64,000 bases of DNA, taken from Candidatus Aldehydirespiratoraceae bacterium. GTDB lineage: Bacteria; Actinomycetota; Acidimicrobiia; Acidimicrobiales; Aldehydirespiratoraceae. Within the stretch, counting starts at the first letter, position 1, and every line of letters starts with the position of its first letter. The DNA is taken from the NCBI GenBank assembly GCA_965243715.1, contig CBDEVU010000017.1, positions 241,223 to 305,222 on the forward strand, written 5' to 3'. Position numbers and translations under genes: made by a program. Of this stretch, positions 62,338 to 64,000 are shown one piece after another. The notes under the pieces were generated by a model that was not told the origin of the DNA, searched no databases, and worked only from the letters and a program-made list of their open reading frames with translations.

Positions 62338-62978
62338 GCCCGGCTAAGCGAACGCGCTAGCGCCAAGCCGTTAGCGGCCAACCGCTGTAGGCCTAAATCG
62401 GCGCCTAGGGCATCGAGTTCGGCTGGGTGAACCCAACGGTTGGCCTCCGACTCGTGGTTGGTGTCAACGTCGGCTCCGGCGGGGGCGAGGACGACGAAAC
62501 GAACGTCGTAGTGGAGATGGGCGTCTTCGTCGCCAGGGCACACTTCGTGAATGTCAAGGTCAACGGCCACCGGCCAAACTTTGAGTCCGACGATGCCGGT
62601 CTCTTCTGTGGCCTCCCGCAGGGCCACAGCGGCCAAATTGGCGTCGCCATCGGCGTGCCCACCCGGCTGGACCCAGATCTGGAGTTTGCTGTGGAACAGC
62701 ACCAGGGTGCGTTGGAGATCCGCATGCACGACTAGGGCCGATCCGGTGAAATGACCGGGTCGCTCATCTCGCTGAAGCGGCCGGGGGCGAGTATCAAGCA
62801 ACTCCCGCATACGGCGACGCTCGTTAGCTAGCGCCGGATCGGTGAGCGGTTCGATCGCGGCCCAAGCCCGAGCGATATCGACGGAGCCCGCCAGAAGCGG
62901 CGAATCAGCGGTTAAAAAGCCCACCGAGCGGAGGCCCTCAACCGTCAAGGCAGGCCCGGAACCGAACGAGTTGATCAA
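62334..62978 (-). CDS. NUDIX hydrolase
   Basis: Nudix box GGHADGDANLAAVALREATEETG. The true start is probably downstream of 62978, because the first ~13 codons overlap argH. Confidence 0.75.
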   Translation of the reverse strand: MINSFGSGPALTVEGLRSVGFLTADSPLLAGSVDIARAWAAIEPLTDPALANERRRMRELLDTRPRPLQRDERPGHFTGSALVVHADLQRTLVLFHSKLQIWVQPGGHADGDANLAAVALREATEETGIVGLKVWPVAVDLDIHEVCPGDEDAHLHYDVRFVVLAPAGADVDTNHESEANRWVHPAELDALGADLGLQRLAANGLALARSLSRA

Positions 62979-64000
62979 CGACCGCGGCCGGTGAGCCGCC
63001 GCCCCGCGAGGTACGCCGGGTTACGGAGACACCGGGCGCAAGCAGGGCCGCGGCGGGGTCGCCGAGCGCCGGATGGGAAGCCACGAGATCGACCAGTGCC
63101 CCCTCACCGGCGAGCGACCTACGGACCAGTTCCGCCACGATGCCGTGCCCGTCACGAAAGGGCACACCGTGGGCAACCAAGTATTCCGCCAGATCGGTCG
63201 CCGCGGCATAGGGCGTATTGGCCTGGGCGGCCATCACATCGGTGCGGTATACGGTAGTGCTGACCATGCCGTCGAGGGCCAGCAGGGTGAGTCGCACGGT
63301 ATCGACCGCGTCGAACAGGGGCTCTTTGTCCTCTTGGAGATCTTTGTTGTAGGTCAGCGGAAGGGCCTTGAGCGTAGCCAGCAAGCCGGTGAGATGCCCG
63401 ATCAGACGCCCCGCTTTGGCTCGGGCCAGTTCGGCAATGTCGGGATTCTTCTTCTGTGGCATCATCGACGAACCGGTGGAGAAACTGTCGTCGAGTTGCA
63501 CGAAACCGAACTCGGTGGACGACCAAAGCCACATTTCCTCACCGATGCGGCTGAGATGCACGCCGAGCAGAGCCAAACAAAACAGCGTCTCGGCGACGAA
63601 GTCGCGGTCGCTGACCGCATCGAGGCTGTTGTCAAACACTCGATCGAACTCGAGGTAGCCCGCGGTGATGGTGGGGTCGATGGGCAGCGATGATCCGGCC
63701 AAAGCCCCCGCGCCTAGGGGCGAGACGTTGGTACGGGCGCGGGCCTGGTGGAGTCGCTCAACGTCGCGAGCTAGCGCCCAACCGTGGGCCAAAAGGTGAT
63801 GGGCTAACGCCACTGGCTGCGCCTGTTGGAGATGGGTATAGCCCGGCAGGTATGCTTCGCCCGCCGCTTCGGCCTGCGTCAGCAGGGTGTGCTGGAGACG
63901 GCCAACTAGATCGATGATCTCGTCGAGTGCCGAGCGGGTCCACAACCGGACATCGGTGGCCACCTGATCGTTGCGGCTACGACCGGTGTGCATTTTGGCG
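62938..64000 (-). CDS. argH: argininosuccinate lyase, C-terminal ~350 aa (5' end beyond the window)
   Basis: Fumarate-lyase signature GSSMMPQKKNPD and the HTGRSRNDQVATD block. The frame is open to the window edge. Confidence 0.9.
   Translation of the reverse strand, partial: AKMHTGRSRNDQVATDVRLWTRSALDEIIDLVGRLQHTLLTQAEAAGEAYLPGYTHLQQAQPVALAHHLLAHGWALARDVERLHQARARTNVSPLGAGALAGSSLPIDPTITAGYLEFDRVFDNSLDAVSDRDFVAETLFCLALLGVHLSRIGEEMWLWSSTEFGFVQLDDSFSTGSSMMPQKKNPDIAELARAKAGRLIGHLTGLLATLKALPLTYNKDLQEDKEPLFDAVDTVRLTLLALDGMVSTTVYRTDVMAAQANTPYAAATDLAEYLVAHGVPFRDGHGIVAELVRRSLAGEGALVDLVASHPALGDPAAALLAPGVSVTRRTSRGGGSPAAVVDQLVRFRACLDG

Overview
This window is a high-G+C actinobacterial chromosome segment. 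By eye the 16S looks Acidimicrobiia-like, but that is tentative. Most of it is densely packed housekeeping genes, in three main blocks. The first is murI-MBL-rph-rdgB. The second is a long co-directional minus-strand string: plsC, aroA/cmk, tyrA, rluB, scpB, scpA, then xerD, nudix, pyrG, recN, nadK, tlyA, HAD, korB, korA. The third is a complete minus-strand rRNA operon (16S-23S-5S) flanked by tyrS and a TPR gene. One tRNA-Leu(TAG) is present, and rpmG, which the ORF track misses, was found by hand. Two loci stand out. (1) Nt 1-4723 is a visibly A+T-richer, translationally coupled operon. It encodes two small helical proteins, two tandem 570-aa non-canonical (HscC-like) Hsp70 ATPases and a J-domain-like protein lacking HPD, and it sits next to a hipBA toxin-antitoxin pair. 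I read it as a candidate self-contained accessory Hsp70 machine of unknown role. (2) The two 'hypothetical' ORFs at 25691-27169 are really one frame interrupted only by two TGA codons 9 codons apart. From memory, these align with the two catalytic cysteines of linalool dehydratase/isomerase. A SECIS-like hairpin follows the second TGA, so this is a candidate double-selenocysteine protein, or else a pseudogene. Smaller observations are an apparent 1-nt frameshift in korA, a perfect 34-bp tandem duplication at the rluB/tyrA junction, a 15-bp x3 repeat, an AroA-Cmk fusion and an SLH-anchored VanY-type peptidase. No CRISPR array, transposase or prophage gene was seen.
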